From: Blepharisma stoltei ATCC 30299
Lineage: Eukaryota > Protista > Ciliophora
NCBI GenBank assembly: GCA_965603825.1
Contig: CBFDEM010000058.1
Span: 744,001 to 808,000, forward strand
DNA: 64,000 nucleotides
Reading direction: 5' to 3'
Of this stretch, positions 36,524 through 47,932 are shown one piece after another. Within the stretch, counting starts at the first letter, position 1; each line of letters begins with the position of its first letter. The notes under the pieces were generated by a model. The model ran no database searches and was not told where the DNA came from. It saw only the letters and a list, made by a program, of their open reading frames with translations. The translations under genes were made by a program, and so were the position numbers.

Positions 36524-36829
36524 ATGGACTCATTAAAAGATGTTGTTAGAGCAGACCTAGAGAGAAGAGGCTGGGAGGTAAAAGATGGTATTTTGTATGG
36601 TGGAGACTTTTTATTGTATAAGGGATCAACAGAAGGGCATACCCATGCTGAGTTTATAGTTAAGTTATATGAGAAATTGCCGACATATCAAGAAATTTTG
36701 GGATCAGTCCGTGTAGCGACTCAAGTGAAAAAGGTTTATTTTACGTAGACATTGATGGTAGCTTATCGTGACAGCTCAATTCATTATTTAAAAATATCGA
36801 GATTTCCTATTTCAGAGCTTCTCAATTAA
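36524..36829 (+). CDS. Minimal tRNA-splicing endonuclease catalytic subunit (Sen34/Sen2-like), 96 aa; 2 exons
   Basis: DL.RRGW.VKDGILYGGDFLLY...HTHAEFIV...RVATQVKK|TLMVA, containing the Tyr/His/Lys triad. Intron 36734-36748. Confidence 0.85.
36734..36748 (+). other. 15-nt intron GTTTATTTTACGTAG
   Basis: GT-AG, A at position 10. Restores the VKKTLMVA motif. Confidence 0.88.
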
Positions 36830-36971
36830 AATATTTTATGATCAATTGAAAAAAACTTTTATTATTAGCTTTTGGCTTAGGCCGTCAATTCTTAATATAG
36901 CCTCATTCCTAGCCCAATTTGCCTTAGGCTAATCCAATATTTTTAATTCTCAGCTATTTTGTTAATAATAA

Positions 36972-38681
36972 ATGTTCGAATACTGAAGAAGGAATACCAG
37001 AATGCCCTGGTGGGATCGCATGAGAGCCCTCAAAGAAGCCAATCTCCTTAAACACTATCCCTTATATTCCTTCGTATTTCCTATGTAGTGGCAAGTTTTT
37101 CCTCCAATGAACAGACAAAGAAACACAATTGCAAGCTATTCCCCTGAAGAAGCCGAAACCTACGCTAGACTTCTTGAGCGACTTTTTGCAAAGCGCCCTG
37201 AATTCCGCGTTGACTATGACAAACAAGACAGCGTCGCCCACATCTTTTTAAGGCAGCAAATCAGGCTTATGAGGCAAGGACTTACAGAAGAAGCTGCATT
37301 TGCAAAGGCTGAGGCAAATAACGCAGAATTCTTCCTAAAAGAAAGGCAAAAAGCATCAGTCCTGACCAATGTGGCCAAGACCAGCAGAATTTTAAGCTTT
37401 ATGAACTATTATGAGCAGACTGCAGAAGCGGAAGGCAGAAATAAGGTAAAAATGCTGCAAAGGGACTTGCCGAAATTTGTGAGGTCAAGGGACGAAAATG
37501 ACGTTTTTAGAGATATGCCAATAGTCCATACTTATAATAAGGTCCAAGCAACATATACGCATAATTCCAAATCTGAGGTAAAAAACGAGCCTGATGCATT
37601 TTACAATAGAACAAAAAGAGCGTTAGAATACCATTGGGATAGGGCACAAAAGGTAGATGGACTGGCTGGGTTGACTGACGAAGCTTTATTGTGGTATTCC
37701 AAAGACATAACAAAAAACGTCAGAAAAAGAGCGAAAGCAATACACAAAGAATTGACTGATATGGGCGTTAAATTAGACAGCAAAGGAGAAATTGATGTAA
37801 GCGCAATACAAAATTCAGCATTAAAAGACACTGTGAAAACCAACCCGGTATTTAAGCTGATTTTGCAGAACCAAGGGAACTTTGAGGAATCTTATAAGAC
37901 TGAAGAAGAATCTGAAGAGGAGATTGGACAGGAATTAGATGCCCCTATAGACGAAAAACAGACCAGAGGGCAACCTTTGAAGTGGACCTCCACAAATCCT
38001 TATAAAAACCAATTTTTTAACATAAAAGTCGACCAAGTCGAGCCAGACGAGTCCAGAAAACTAAGGCTAAAAGCACTATTTAGCCAAGTCCAAAGCAAAG
38101 AAACAGACCCTGTTGAGCAGCTTGAGCTCCAACAAATCGCAATCGCCAAGCTTCGCCGAATCCGCGTCAAATTCGACCAATCCTTAGCCAGAGACAACAA
38201 CGACCCAGTCGTGCTTGTAGACGAAGCAAAATACAAAAAAGAAGAAATTGCTTTTAGCTCTAATTTCGACATAGAAAGAATGAACAAGTTCATGGAGCTG
38301 CCTACCAATAAAGTTGTAGAAACCTTACAAGATAAGCTAGAATTTGAAGAAATCGCTAAATTGGCTTCACCTACCATAATTGACGAAAATTCAGCACCTG
38401 TAGGCTATGATAGGAATTTCTCAGCTAAAGATAGACTGGCTGATATAGACCATGAGAGCTCTGATGTAGAAGCTGAAGAGCTGGCTGAAGAATACGAAGA
38501 CGGATTATTAGGACTTGAAGGAGATCTAGAAGACACCAATGCAGAAGACGAAAAAGAAAAGATGAAATTCAAGGCTGGAAAACGTGAAATTATTATTAAA
38601 GCAGCCAAGCCAAAAGTTGATAAGATTGAAGAAGCTATTGAAGCAATGATGACTCATGGAAAACCAAAGAAAGATAAATAA
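36972..38681 (+). CDS. Probable mitochondrial ribosomal protein mS23-like with long C-terminal extension; 2 exons
   Basis: Exon 1 from ATG 36972 (TGA=W at codon 5) plus intron 37074-37088 gives WDRMRALKEANLLKHYPLYSFWQVFPP...FLRQQIRLMRQGLTEEAAF, resembling the mS23 pattern. Confidence 0.6.
37074..37088 (+). other. 15-nt intron GTATTTCCTATGTAG
   Basis: GT-AG, A at position 10, in-frame TAG removed. Confidence 0.85.
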
Positions 38682-38708
38682 GGAAAAATTCTTTTTAAAT
38701 TATTTAAA

Positions 38709-41075
38709 ATGGAAGAAGACTGGGAACTCTTAGAACTCTCAGGACCAATTGAAAATTTTGCGGTGCATGAGGTGAATAATGTAATTGGTTATAGCATAGG
38801 GACAGTTATTGTGCTGTGGGATCCAAATACAAATAGAAAAGTCTCTATTAGGAGTCAAAATGGGCCGGTTTCGTCAATTATTTTTTCACAGGGTTTTGAT
38901 TATTTAATTACAATTTCGAGTTCGGCGAAGCCGATGATTTCTGTGTGGAGGTGAAGGACTTTAGATTTGGAAAGCAGCGTGTGGCTGCCTTATAAAGAAA
39001 GAAAAAAATCACCTGTTAATGTTATTTGCAATTTGATAGGAAATCGGCTTATTGCGATTGAGAATGAAGCAGGAGGAGGGTATAGGGTTTCTATATGAGA
39101 ATGGAAAGCCCCTGATTTGGTGCTGATATTGGTAGAGGAGTTAGATATGGAAAACCAGTGTATTTATACGAGTATTTTGAATGATCAAGTTACCTTGCTA
39201 ACTGCAGAAAAAAATTGTTTGAAGCTATGAAAAATCGAAGAAAAAATTTCGATTGACAAAAGAATGCATTTAAAATACAAACTTTTGCAGGCCGAATATA
39301 TAGCAAGCCTAGGAATTTTTATTGTACTTTATGATACTGGAAAAGCGGTCTCTATCAATACACTTGGAAAAGCTATAGCAAATATTGAGCATCAAAATTT
39401 AAAACTCACATGTTTTTCTGTTATAAGTGAGCAGATTTATTTCGGGACTAATAATGGATCAATAATTACATACACCCTACGCAGTTACAGAATGATCCAA
39501 GAATTTTCTCCATTAAAGCTATGCCCTATAAAATCTATATTTTCCAGCTGATATCTTTATATAAGCTACTCAGACGCAAATTTCCAAGTAATTTCCCTTT
39601 CCCAGAGATCAATCATATGTGAAACCTATGGCCATAACACCAAAATTATCTCTTTATCCTGATATGACAGATGAAATGTCATCACCGCTGCAAAATCTTT
39701 AAATATTTGAAGGCATTCAGGCAAAGGCTGGACTCCTCAAACACTAGAAATAAATGACGAAATTTCTGCCTTAGGGGTGCACCCATTAAAAAAGGCTTTT
39801 TGTTTAGGGACTTTTAATGGGGTTTTGCGGCTCTATGATTTTAAAGCTCAGCATCGGCTAATCCAAAGCTTCCAAATAGGCGCCTTACCAGTTTATGATA
39901 TTGCTTATACAGATGATGGAAATTTTATAGGAATTGGTTTTACGTCTGGACAAGCTGTATTAATGGACCAATATTGTCAGCAAATTCTGGTTAGACTAGA
40001 AGATACCTGGTCTAGAAATGGGCCTTGTTTGCAGACTGTGCAGCATTTGACTAATGCTTCTCAGGTAAAATTTTTGACTTTGCATGAAGAAGGATGTCTG
40101 CAGCTTCACCATATGGAAATTCGGTATAATCAGCTGAATAAAACACAGTTTAATTTATTTTATATTGAAGGGAAATGTACAGGGTATTCATTACATGTGA
40201 GTGGGAATTATGCAATTGCGGTATCTGATATAGGAGCAATATATATTTTTAATGTGCAGCTAGGAAATATTACTGGGGTCATATCAATTGAACCGGAGCC
40301 TAAAGGATGTTTTCAGGATCCCTCAGGATTATATATAGGAATCCTCATAAAAAATCCTGAAAATTGCTATACAACTCTAGTGTTATATGAAATTGGCACA
40401 GGCAGAAAAGCTGGAGAGCTATCGAAACTTGACAACTGCGATTCTTTAAATTCAATTAAATGGAACTTTGACGGACGATTCATAGTCATAGGCGGCTCTT
40501 CAGGAATTCTCTCTTTATGAAGAACACCTGATCAAATTATCAATAAAATTACAGAAATGAATGACCATCTGCGCAGAGATAAAGAGTTTTGGACCCATTT
40601 CCCATTGGAACTTAATAATAAATCATTGAGAAATGGGACAAATCCCTTGGTTTTTGATGCTACAGCTGAACTAAATGATACACAAGGAGCCTTTTATAAC
40701 TCAATTGTAAAGCTAAAGAAGCAGCCACAGAGAAATTTGGTAAGAAATGAGCAGCTTTATGTGGTCACTGACGCGCCAGTAACATTGACAAGAAGGTCAA
40801 GATCTTCAAACCCTGTCAAAAAAACTGTAAATAATGACCCAAATTTGTATTATTCATCAGCAAAAACAAATACTCAGTTCAGACCTAGAGGCATAACCAG
40901 TGTAGATTCTTTTACTATTGAAAGTGTAAACCAAACAGTGATGGAAGACCCAAGAGATATAGACATAGAATGCGAACAAATTGGAGTGAACAACGATTTT
41001 GAGTCTTTTTCAAACGGCACCAATAATACAGAAGAAAGAGAACAGCTATATGGAGGTATTGATAGATTTTTATAA
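38709..41075 (+). CDS. WD40-repeat protein, WDR62/MAPKBP1-like (788 aa)
   Basis: Four ORFs share one frame broken only by 8 TGA codons, several at WD Trp positions (VSI-W, LKL-W, LNI-W, LSL-W). DPSGLYIG motif. Confidence 0.8.
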
Positions 41076-41102
41076 TTATGAAAAATTATCTCAGATTAAT
41101 TA

Positions 41103-41657
41103 TTAACTATTAAGATCTGGCGTCTCATTACTCCTTTTTCCAATGCAATTTTTACACACCCTTACCTTTGTATTGTAGCCTAGCTCAGGAATGATTTCAC
41201 GCTCCTTTGAGTCTTTTTTGCATACAGCCAACCCACATTTTCTACAATGATGCTGCCTTGTGACAGCTGTGAATTTCCCATTGCAGATTTTACAGCTGCT
41301 TGATCCTCTAGGATCATCCCAGTTCGGCCTTTGGGCGTGCTTAATTATAAGGCTCCAGGCTCGGTATTCTTGGACTGTTTCGCATTTAATTATCCATTGC
41401 TGAGTTTTCCCTTTTTTGTTTACGACTTGGCACTCAATTGAGTTCTCTGAGCTGTTATCATAAGTAACTCTGAATTTATTATTAATTGTGGTGGAATTTT
41501 TGGGAGGAGTGCCAAGGGATAAGGAATAGCTGAGCTTTTTGTCGGAAAGGACAAGCCACCTTCGCTTTTCTTTGCTTTTGGAGACCATGATTACGTAGCC
41601 TTCTTTTTTTAGGTTGTCGCGATGGAACTCAGGATGCTTTGATTGATTATGTCCCAT
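41103..41657 (-). CDS. PH + FYVE domain protein (phafin-like architecture) with possible N-myristoylation
   Basis: PH: KKEGYV...KRRWLVLS...EYRAWSLII. FYVE: WDD...CKIC...RQHHCRKCG...RVCKNC. Confidence 0.85.
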   Translation of the reverse strand: MGHNQSKHPEFHRDNLKKEGYVIMVSKSKEKRRWLVLSDKKLSYSLSLGTPPKNSTTINNKFRVTYDNSSENSIECQVVNKKGKTQQWIIKCETVQEYRAWSLIIKHAQRPNWDDPRGSSSCKICNGKFTAVTRQHHCRKCGLAVCKKDSKEREIIPELGYNTKVRVCKNCIGKRSNETPDLNS

Positions 41658-41984
41658 ATTACAGATTTAATTAATTGATATTCGGTTTTTGGGAGAAAAA
41701 ATTACAGTAAGAGGTTATTTAGAAAAATTATTAATTGTAAATTAATATAAATTAAAAATTAATCATAAATAGTTCAAATTTTAGCTTGATTAATTACTAA
41801 TAAACTATTAGAAATTTGCAGATATAATTATTATTCGATTAATTGTGGTTTTTGTTTGCTTATGTCAAAAGAAATTTCAGTATTTAGAAGCCATTTTTCT
41901 AAAATCATATCAGAAAAAGCTCATTATGAAACATTTTAAAAATAAATATGCATTAATTTATCAGAATAATTCTGATAATAAAAA

Positions 41985-42635
41985 ATGGCTTCAAAACTTA
42001 TCTTCATTATTTGTATACTATCTCTAGTTCTCGCCCAACCTTCTCAAAATGACACAAGCACAAGCCAAAATACCACAATTCCAAGCCAAAATGTTACAAA
42101 TTCATCATCCTCTTCTAACCAAATCAACTCTTCTGGTGAGTCAAACATTTCTTCAAGCAACCAATCAAATATTTCTCAGTCAAATAGTACTTATTTTTAT
42201 CAAGGAGGCATCGCTGAGACTCTTCTTGAGATGGCAAATGGATTTTTCGTTGGACTAAAGCGAAATCAAAGCCAAAGTTCTTCTTGTTATAATGACTCTG
42301 GAGTTTTAACTGAATTATCACAGGTAGTTTATATGGACATTATGGACTATGCGAGAGGAAATTCTTCAGCTAAAAACCAAATTTATATAAATTATGATAA
42401 TTTGGAAAATTATTTTAATGATCGTGCAGAAAATGACTGTGATTGGGACTGGTTTTTTAAACTTTATGTAGAGATTTCTGTCGAAGGGCTGAGAAAAATT
42501 ATTGATAGAATAGTAGGGAATATCAATAGTGTAGCTAGTGAGTGGATGTCGCTAGATAACTGTACAAGCAACTATACAGCCTGTGGAGAAAACTGGGGAA
42601 GTTTGACGAGGCAGCTTGTTTTGTGGGAGATTTAA
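41985..42635 (+). CDS. Putative secreted glycoprotein (signal peptide, Ser/Asn-rich N-glycosylation region, Cys-containing helical domain)
   Basis: MASKLIFIICILSLVLA, many N-x-S/T sequons, C-terminal YTACGENWG. Confidence 0.8.
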   Translation: MASKLIFIICILSLVLAQPSQNDTSTSQNTTIPSQNVTNSSSSSNQINSSGESNISSSNQSNISQSNSTYFYQGGIAETLLEMANGFFVGLKRNQSQSSSCYNDSGVLTELSQVVYMDIMDYARGNSSAKNQIYINYDNLENYFNDRAENDCDWDWFFKLYVEISVEGLRKIIDRIVGNINSVASEWMSLDNCTSNYTACGENWGSLTRQLVLWEI

Positions 42636-42938
42636 GTAGATAAATAATAATTTGAAAATTTTGAAATTAGAGTAACTTTTGTTAAATATCATAATGGAAT
42701 ATTAATCTCTTTAAAACCCCTCCACAGACTGCATAAAAATGCCCACCTTATATAAAGATCTGTGATTAAATAAAAAATTACGATTAAAATAAGAATTTAA
42801 TCAATTCATTACAATTAAAGTAAATAATTTAAGGGTTTCGGTAATCTTGCAATGTCTTAATTTTATCTAGCAGTTTCTCGATTTCATCAGTTAAGTTTTT
42901 TCTCAAAGGTTTTTGGAAAAATTTTGTCTATAAATCAT

Positions 42939-43204
42939 ATGGATGAAGTAGTACGTAATATATTTCTTGGAAATTTATTAGCAGCTACTAATGAAAAGTT
43001 GCTAAGAGAAATTGGAATAAAATATATAATAAGAGTTTTAGATGACGAAAAAGTTGAGCTACTACCAGGATTTATATATTTTATATCAAAGCTAAGGACA
43101 CTAAAACAGAAAATATTACAGAATATCTATCTGAAGCCCTATATTTTATAGAAAAGCAGTTAAAAGCTGTACATTGCTATGCAAGAATTTCAAGAAGTCC
43201 TTAG
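42939..43204 (+). pseudogene. Frameshifted, truncated dual-specificity phosphatase
   Basis: MDEVVRNIFLGN...IGIKYII, then a 1-nt shift near 43080 into IKAKDTKTENITEYLSEALYFIE...VHCYARISRSP* (canonical motif HCxxGxSRS). No GT-AG intron explains the shift. Confidence 0.8.
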
Positions 43205-43209
43205 CAAGT

Positions 43210-43821
43210 GATAACCCAGGTGTCCATGGCATCAGGATCCATATAAGAAAGAAGAGATCGTTGGACCTAATTTGCTGGCGAGACAACTCAACTGTTCAAG
43301 CCCCCTTCAGCAAATCGCAAAGCGGATTACACTGGCGGGATTTTCTGCTTAACAAATAAGACAGACCAACCTTGAACTAGTTAAGTCAAGCTAAGGCTTT
43401 AGATCATAGCGAAAGAGCACTAAAGAATTTTTTGATTAGCAACTGTGGAACGCTCAGAGATTGGTATCAAGCAGAAAATCCTTAAGATCTTTCAGAACTA
43501 GCAGCATTTGATTTCATATTAGAAGCCATAAACAGCTTAAACTTCGAGGAAGACGATAGGGAAATTACAAAGATATTGAAGCTTATAAATTGTTTGGCAT
43601 ATCTCAAACTAGTCGCAAACTTGTTTTTTAGTGATATAAACGAATTTTTGAACTCTAAACACAAAGAATCTATTATAAGCTTGCTGATTCAATCTTTGGC
43701 CAGCCTGCCTGAAGGTGTTATGCATAAAGTTATAAATGCTTTGAAGTCAAGAGAAGTGTTTTCATTAATAGCGAATAGTGCTGACCCTATATATGAAAAT
43801 CAATTGGGTCATTCAGTATAA
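43210..43821 (+). pseudogene. Decayed fragment(s) of an unidentified helical protein gene
   Basis: Coding-like frame LSQAKALDHSERALKNFL...AENP*DLSELAAFDFILEAINSL... interrupted by TAA/TAG, with no clean start. Confidence 0.5.
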
Positions 43822-44057
43822 TGAAATTAGCACAATTACTATAAGGCTGTTATGCAATCGCACTGAGCACTTATATACTTCGCCACTATATGTTTTACTA
43901 AGTTTTATTCTTATCTTATAAAGCAAGTGTGCCAGAAGATTCCTAAAATTCATAAACCTATATTTCATAGTAGTTTTCTGCCCAAAATTTCTTATTTTCT
44001 TCTCATATTAGAAAAATTCCTTTATTTCAATTCTATCTATAATCCTATTATCTAATA

Positions 44058-45299
44058 ATGAAGCTTTCTCCTGACTCTAAGTCAAAATCAAGCTCAAAAC
44101 CCATCATCTCTTCTCGCCTTCCTAAAGCTTTTTCACAGCCACAAAAGCTCAAGAAAAAAGAAGAGCCACTTCTCCCGTCTGATGATTTTCAAAGTGTTTT
44201 GTCTCCGTTAAAGCATGAGCCAGGCCAATTTATCAAACTCTCAAAAGCTCTTAAACAAATAGAAAAAATCCCAGACAAGCCAGCTTCACAAGACCTTTTA
44301 GGACAATTTTCTAATCAAAATGCTTCACATTTGCCTCACATTCAGTTGGAAGATATGATTACCTTATCAAAATTAAACTCTTCATCGCTCAAAGGAACAG
44401 CAAGAAAGGTCCTGCATGCTCCAACGCTAAAATTATATACAATAACACAAATCCCTATCAATTCAAGAGAAGAAGGGGCTGAACTGAAAGACTGGGTTGG
44501 AAAATGGCAGAGAGCACAGCAAAGACATAGAAGACTTGTAAAAATCATGGCCACCTTTTGGAATTCCCCTGAAGGCTGCTTAAGTGTGGTTGAGGAATTC
44601 ATAGAAGGAGGAAGCTTGAAGGATTTGTTGGAAAATGTAATTTGTATCCCTGAAAAGCAGCTTGCGAGAATTGCAAAAAAAGTTTTGGAATGCTTAGTAT
44701 ATTTTCATAAAAAGAATCGATATTTAGGGACTATTTCAGCAAGCCAAATCCTCTTCACCAAAACTGGCTCAATTCGTCTTGGTCCTTGTCTGTCCCAAAG
44801 ACTTGAAACAACTACCTTTTCAGAATCCTCCGATGTCTTTTCTCTAGGCATAATTGTCCTCTCTGCCCTTTGTAGTGATTTTGAAGTTTTAGAGCCCAAA
44901 ACCTGCTGTATTTTTCATTCAATCCCTCACAATCCTCTCTTAAGCAGATTTTCCCCACAAGTGAAGCTATTTTTGTGCCAAACCTTGCAAATTGATGAAA
45001 GATCTCGGCCTTCTTCTCAAGAATTATTAGCCCAAGAATGGCTTGAACTTGTAGAATACCCAGGACCTTTGGTACAAATTCAAGACTTAATCAATATAAA
45101 TTCTCCTATGGGAAACAGAGAGTATTGGGAAGCGGCTGACGCACAGCTAGATAGGTTATGTGAAGCCTTGAAGGTTGTAATTGTAGGGCAGGGATATGGG
45201 AAGCCTGCTGAGGTAGCAATAGAACAGCTAGCTGATGAGCTTGAAATTCCTGTACAGACAGTAGCAGAAAAAATACATAAAGTTTATGAAGAAATATAG
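44058..45299 (+). CDS. STE/MAP2K-like pseudokinase
   Basis: Kinase fold cues (LSVVEEFIEGGSLKDLL, SDVFSLG, RPSSQELL) but the VAIK Lys, HRD and DFG positions read YTIT, LGT and GPC. Confidence 0.75.
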   Translation: MKLSPDSKSKSSSKPIISSRLPKAFSQPQKLKKKEEPLLPSDDFQSVLSPLKHEPGQFIKLSKALKQIEKIPDKPASQDLLGQFSNQNASHLPHIQLEDMITLSKLNSSSLKGTARKVLHAPTLKLYTITQIPINSREEGAELKDWVGKWQRAQQRHRRLVKIMATFWNSPEGCLSVVEEFIEGGSLKDLLENVICIPEKQLARIAKKVLECLVYFHKKNRYLGTISASQILFTKTGSIRLGPCLSQRLETTTFSESSDVFSLGIIVLSALCSDFEVLEPKTCCIFHSIPHNPLLSRFSPQVKLFLCQTLQIDERSRPSSQELLAQEWLELVEYPGPLVQIQDLININSPMGNREYWEAADAQLDRLCEALKVVIVGQGYGKPAEVAIEQLADELEIPVQTVAEKIHKVYEEI

Positions 45300-45531
45300 A
45301 GGATATGAAGGTAATTAAATTTGCTAATTTACTTTTAAAATCTTATAAAATTCTTTCAATAATTCAGGACATTTTTAAAAAAACATTTTTATTGGTAAAA
45401 TATAAGATTATTAATTTATTGGGATTTTAGATATCTAACTGAGTGCTTTAATAATTTTTTATAAATTTTATAATCAATGAGACTAAGCCGTTTTGGCAGG
45501 TAAGCTCAAAATTGCTAAAAACGCTTATAAA

Positions 45532-46992
45532 ATGGGAGCTAGTGTCAATTGTATGAGAACTCCAAAAGACAATATTGAAAAAGTTGAATTTAATATGCTC
45601 AATCGTCCTCTTTCTAAAGTCCAGTCAGAAATAATTGAAAAATCTCAAACAAAAATTGTTATTCATGGCATTACTAAGGCTTTTTTAATTAGAAAAAAAA
45701 TTCAGCCTCATCTGGACAAAATCCGAGCAAGAAGAAACAAATTTAAACAAATAATCATTCAAGCACAAATTAAAGGCTTTTTAAAACGAAAGGAAATGAT
45801 TCCGAAAATTATGGAAATTCGATCAAAAAAATACGGTAATTTAGGATCTTTATTACAATTAATTGCAAAAAGCGTTTTGATTCGTAAGAAAAATTATCCA
45901 GCATTAAGAGAAATTGCAAATAAAAAATTGTCCCATTCTTTAGCTATAATAAAATCAATATGCAAATCTCACGTCGTACAAAAAATGATAAAACCCAAAT
46001 TAAAAAAACTTAGAAGAAGAAAATATAATTCACTCGGAATCCAGCTTCAGTCATTAGGGAGAAGTTTTTTAATAAGAAAAAGAAGCAAAATCCTTCTGAA
46101 AGAATTATATGAGTATAAAAGAACTCACCCAAGACTGCCTTATGATTATTATAAAGGGAAAGTAAATGGTTTGAAAAGTGATAAAGTCAAAGAAATAGAA
46201 GAAAAAATAGGTAGATTTAAAAGACCAAAATACCATGGGAAAGTCAAAGTAAATTATAGAAAACCTTTACAGCTAGAAAATTCTGTATATGATGGATACT
46301 GGGATTTAGAGACAAATAAAAAGCATGGAGTCGGAAAAGAATTCTTCAATGATGGAGCATTTTATTATGGACAATATAAAGCAGGATTATATCATGGGGA
46401 AGGAAGACTGATTTATAGCAATGGAGACTATTATCAAGGAAAATTCAAAAGAGGACTATACTCAGGATACGGAATTTTAATTAAAGCAGATGGAAGTATT
46501 TATAAAGGCTATTTCATTGACGGCATTAAAAACGGCGCTGGAAATGAAATATTGCCAGATGGGACTAGCTATGATGCCACTTATGTAAACGGCTTAAAAA
46601 ATGGTCCGGGTATATACAAATCTCCAGATGGAAAATCGTATAAAGGTGACTTTCAGGATGATCTATACCAAGGAAAAGGGACTTTTCAATGGCCAGATGG
46701 AAAAGAATATACAGGCGATTGATATAAAGGAAGAATGCATGGGAAAGGAGAATTTAAATGGAGTGATGGGAGAAAATATGTAGGAGATTACAATAATGAC
46801 AAAAAGCATGGTTTAGGACTTTTTATATGGCCAGATGGGAAAAAATATGATGGAGAGTGGGTGAATGGAAACCAGCATGGAGCAGGGAATTATACATTTT
46901 GGGATCCAAAGAGAAATATTTTTAAAACTTTACCTGGGACTTGGGCTGATGGAAAAAGAGTTTCTTGGACAACACCAGGTGATAGTAAATAA
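45532..46992 (+). CDS. MORN-repeat protein with N-terminal IQ-like repeats and possible myristoylation (MGAS)
   Basis: About 9 YxG...G.G MORN repeats. TGA 46720 falls at YTGD-W-YKGRMHGKG. IQ-like QAQIKGFLKRK and LQSLGRSFLIRK. Confidence 0.88.
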
Positions 46993-47932
46993 TTAGCTAA
47001 TTTATTAAATGAAATAGACACTAATATTTTGGAGCACTTATATTTAACACTAAAGGCTAATAGTAAATGAAATAATAAATAGTCTCTTGCCTTAATTATT
47101 ATAATAATAGCCAGAGACGAAATCTTAAAGTCTTCTATATATTTTCATACATACATTTATCTAGGTTTATATATGGCGTCATTAATTCAAGCGATAATCA
47201 ATGATCATTCTGAGCATTTAGACTACACTCTCAGCTGAAAAATGCAAGCGCTCTTAGATTTCTGACCCAAACAAAAAGGCAAAAAAAAAGATATTCATAA
47301 AAAATGTGATCAAAAGGATGAATAAGGAAACAAATTTAATAAAGAATTTAAAGAGGAGGTGGTGGTTAAAGAAGAAACATGCAGAAAGACTTATAATAGC
47401 AGAAAAATGGTAGATTTGATTGAATTAACACTAATATACGAAAAAACTTGCAATCTCAAGAGAGGCAGATAAATCAGAAAGATGCCCTTCTGAAATAAAT
47501 GGACCTAAAAAATTAAAGGCTACTAAAATAAAATGCTATATTAAAAGGCTTTATCGAAAGAGCGATGCTTATATTGAAAGATACGATGAAAGAGCCAGAA
47601 ATACTTGTTCGATCACATAAAATAGTTCTAATTTAATATTTGTAATAAAATTTTGATTGTTAAATACAAAAAATACCCTATAAATGGTACAATATAGAAA
47701 AAATCAAGATAAATAGGTTAATAGCAGCAAGTAAAATTAAAATCATCTTTGCTTTTTTATTTTGCCATAATCTAAGGAGAAGGTAAAATACCATTTAGTA
47801 AATTTTGTATGATAAGTGCTCTGGCCAGAATCATAAAAATAATTTCATTTATTTTCATATTCATAAGCCAAAATTTAACAATTTTGGCAGCTTTTATGTT
47901 CAGACTATTCTGTAGCATAAGTCTAAATAAAA

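Noticed and set aside
41985-42635. Secreted glycoprotein as the mating pheromone gamone 1
   Set aside because: It has only generic secreted-glycoprotein features, and I cannot recognise specific similarity without a search.
47000-47650. Possible short gene or decayed fragment between the MORN and kinesin genes
   Set aside because: Only an ORF of about 50 codons (from about 47173) with no recognisable motif or donor, which is insufficient support.
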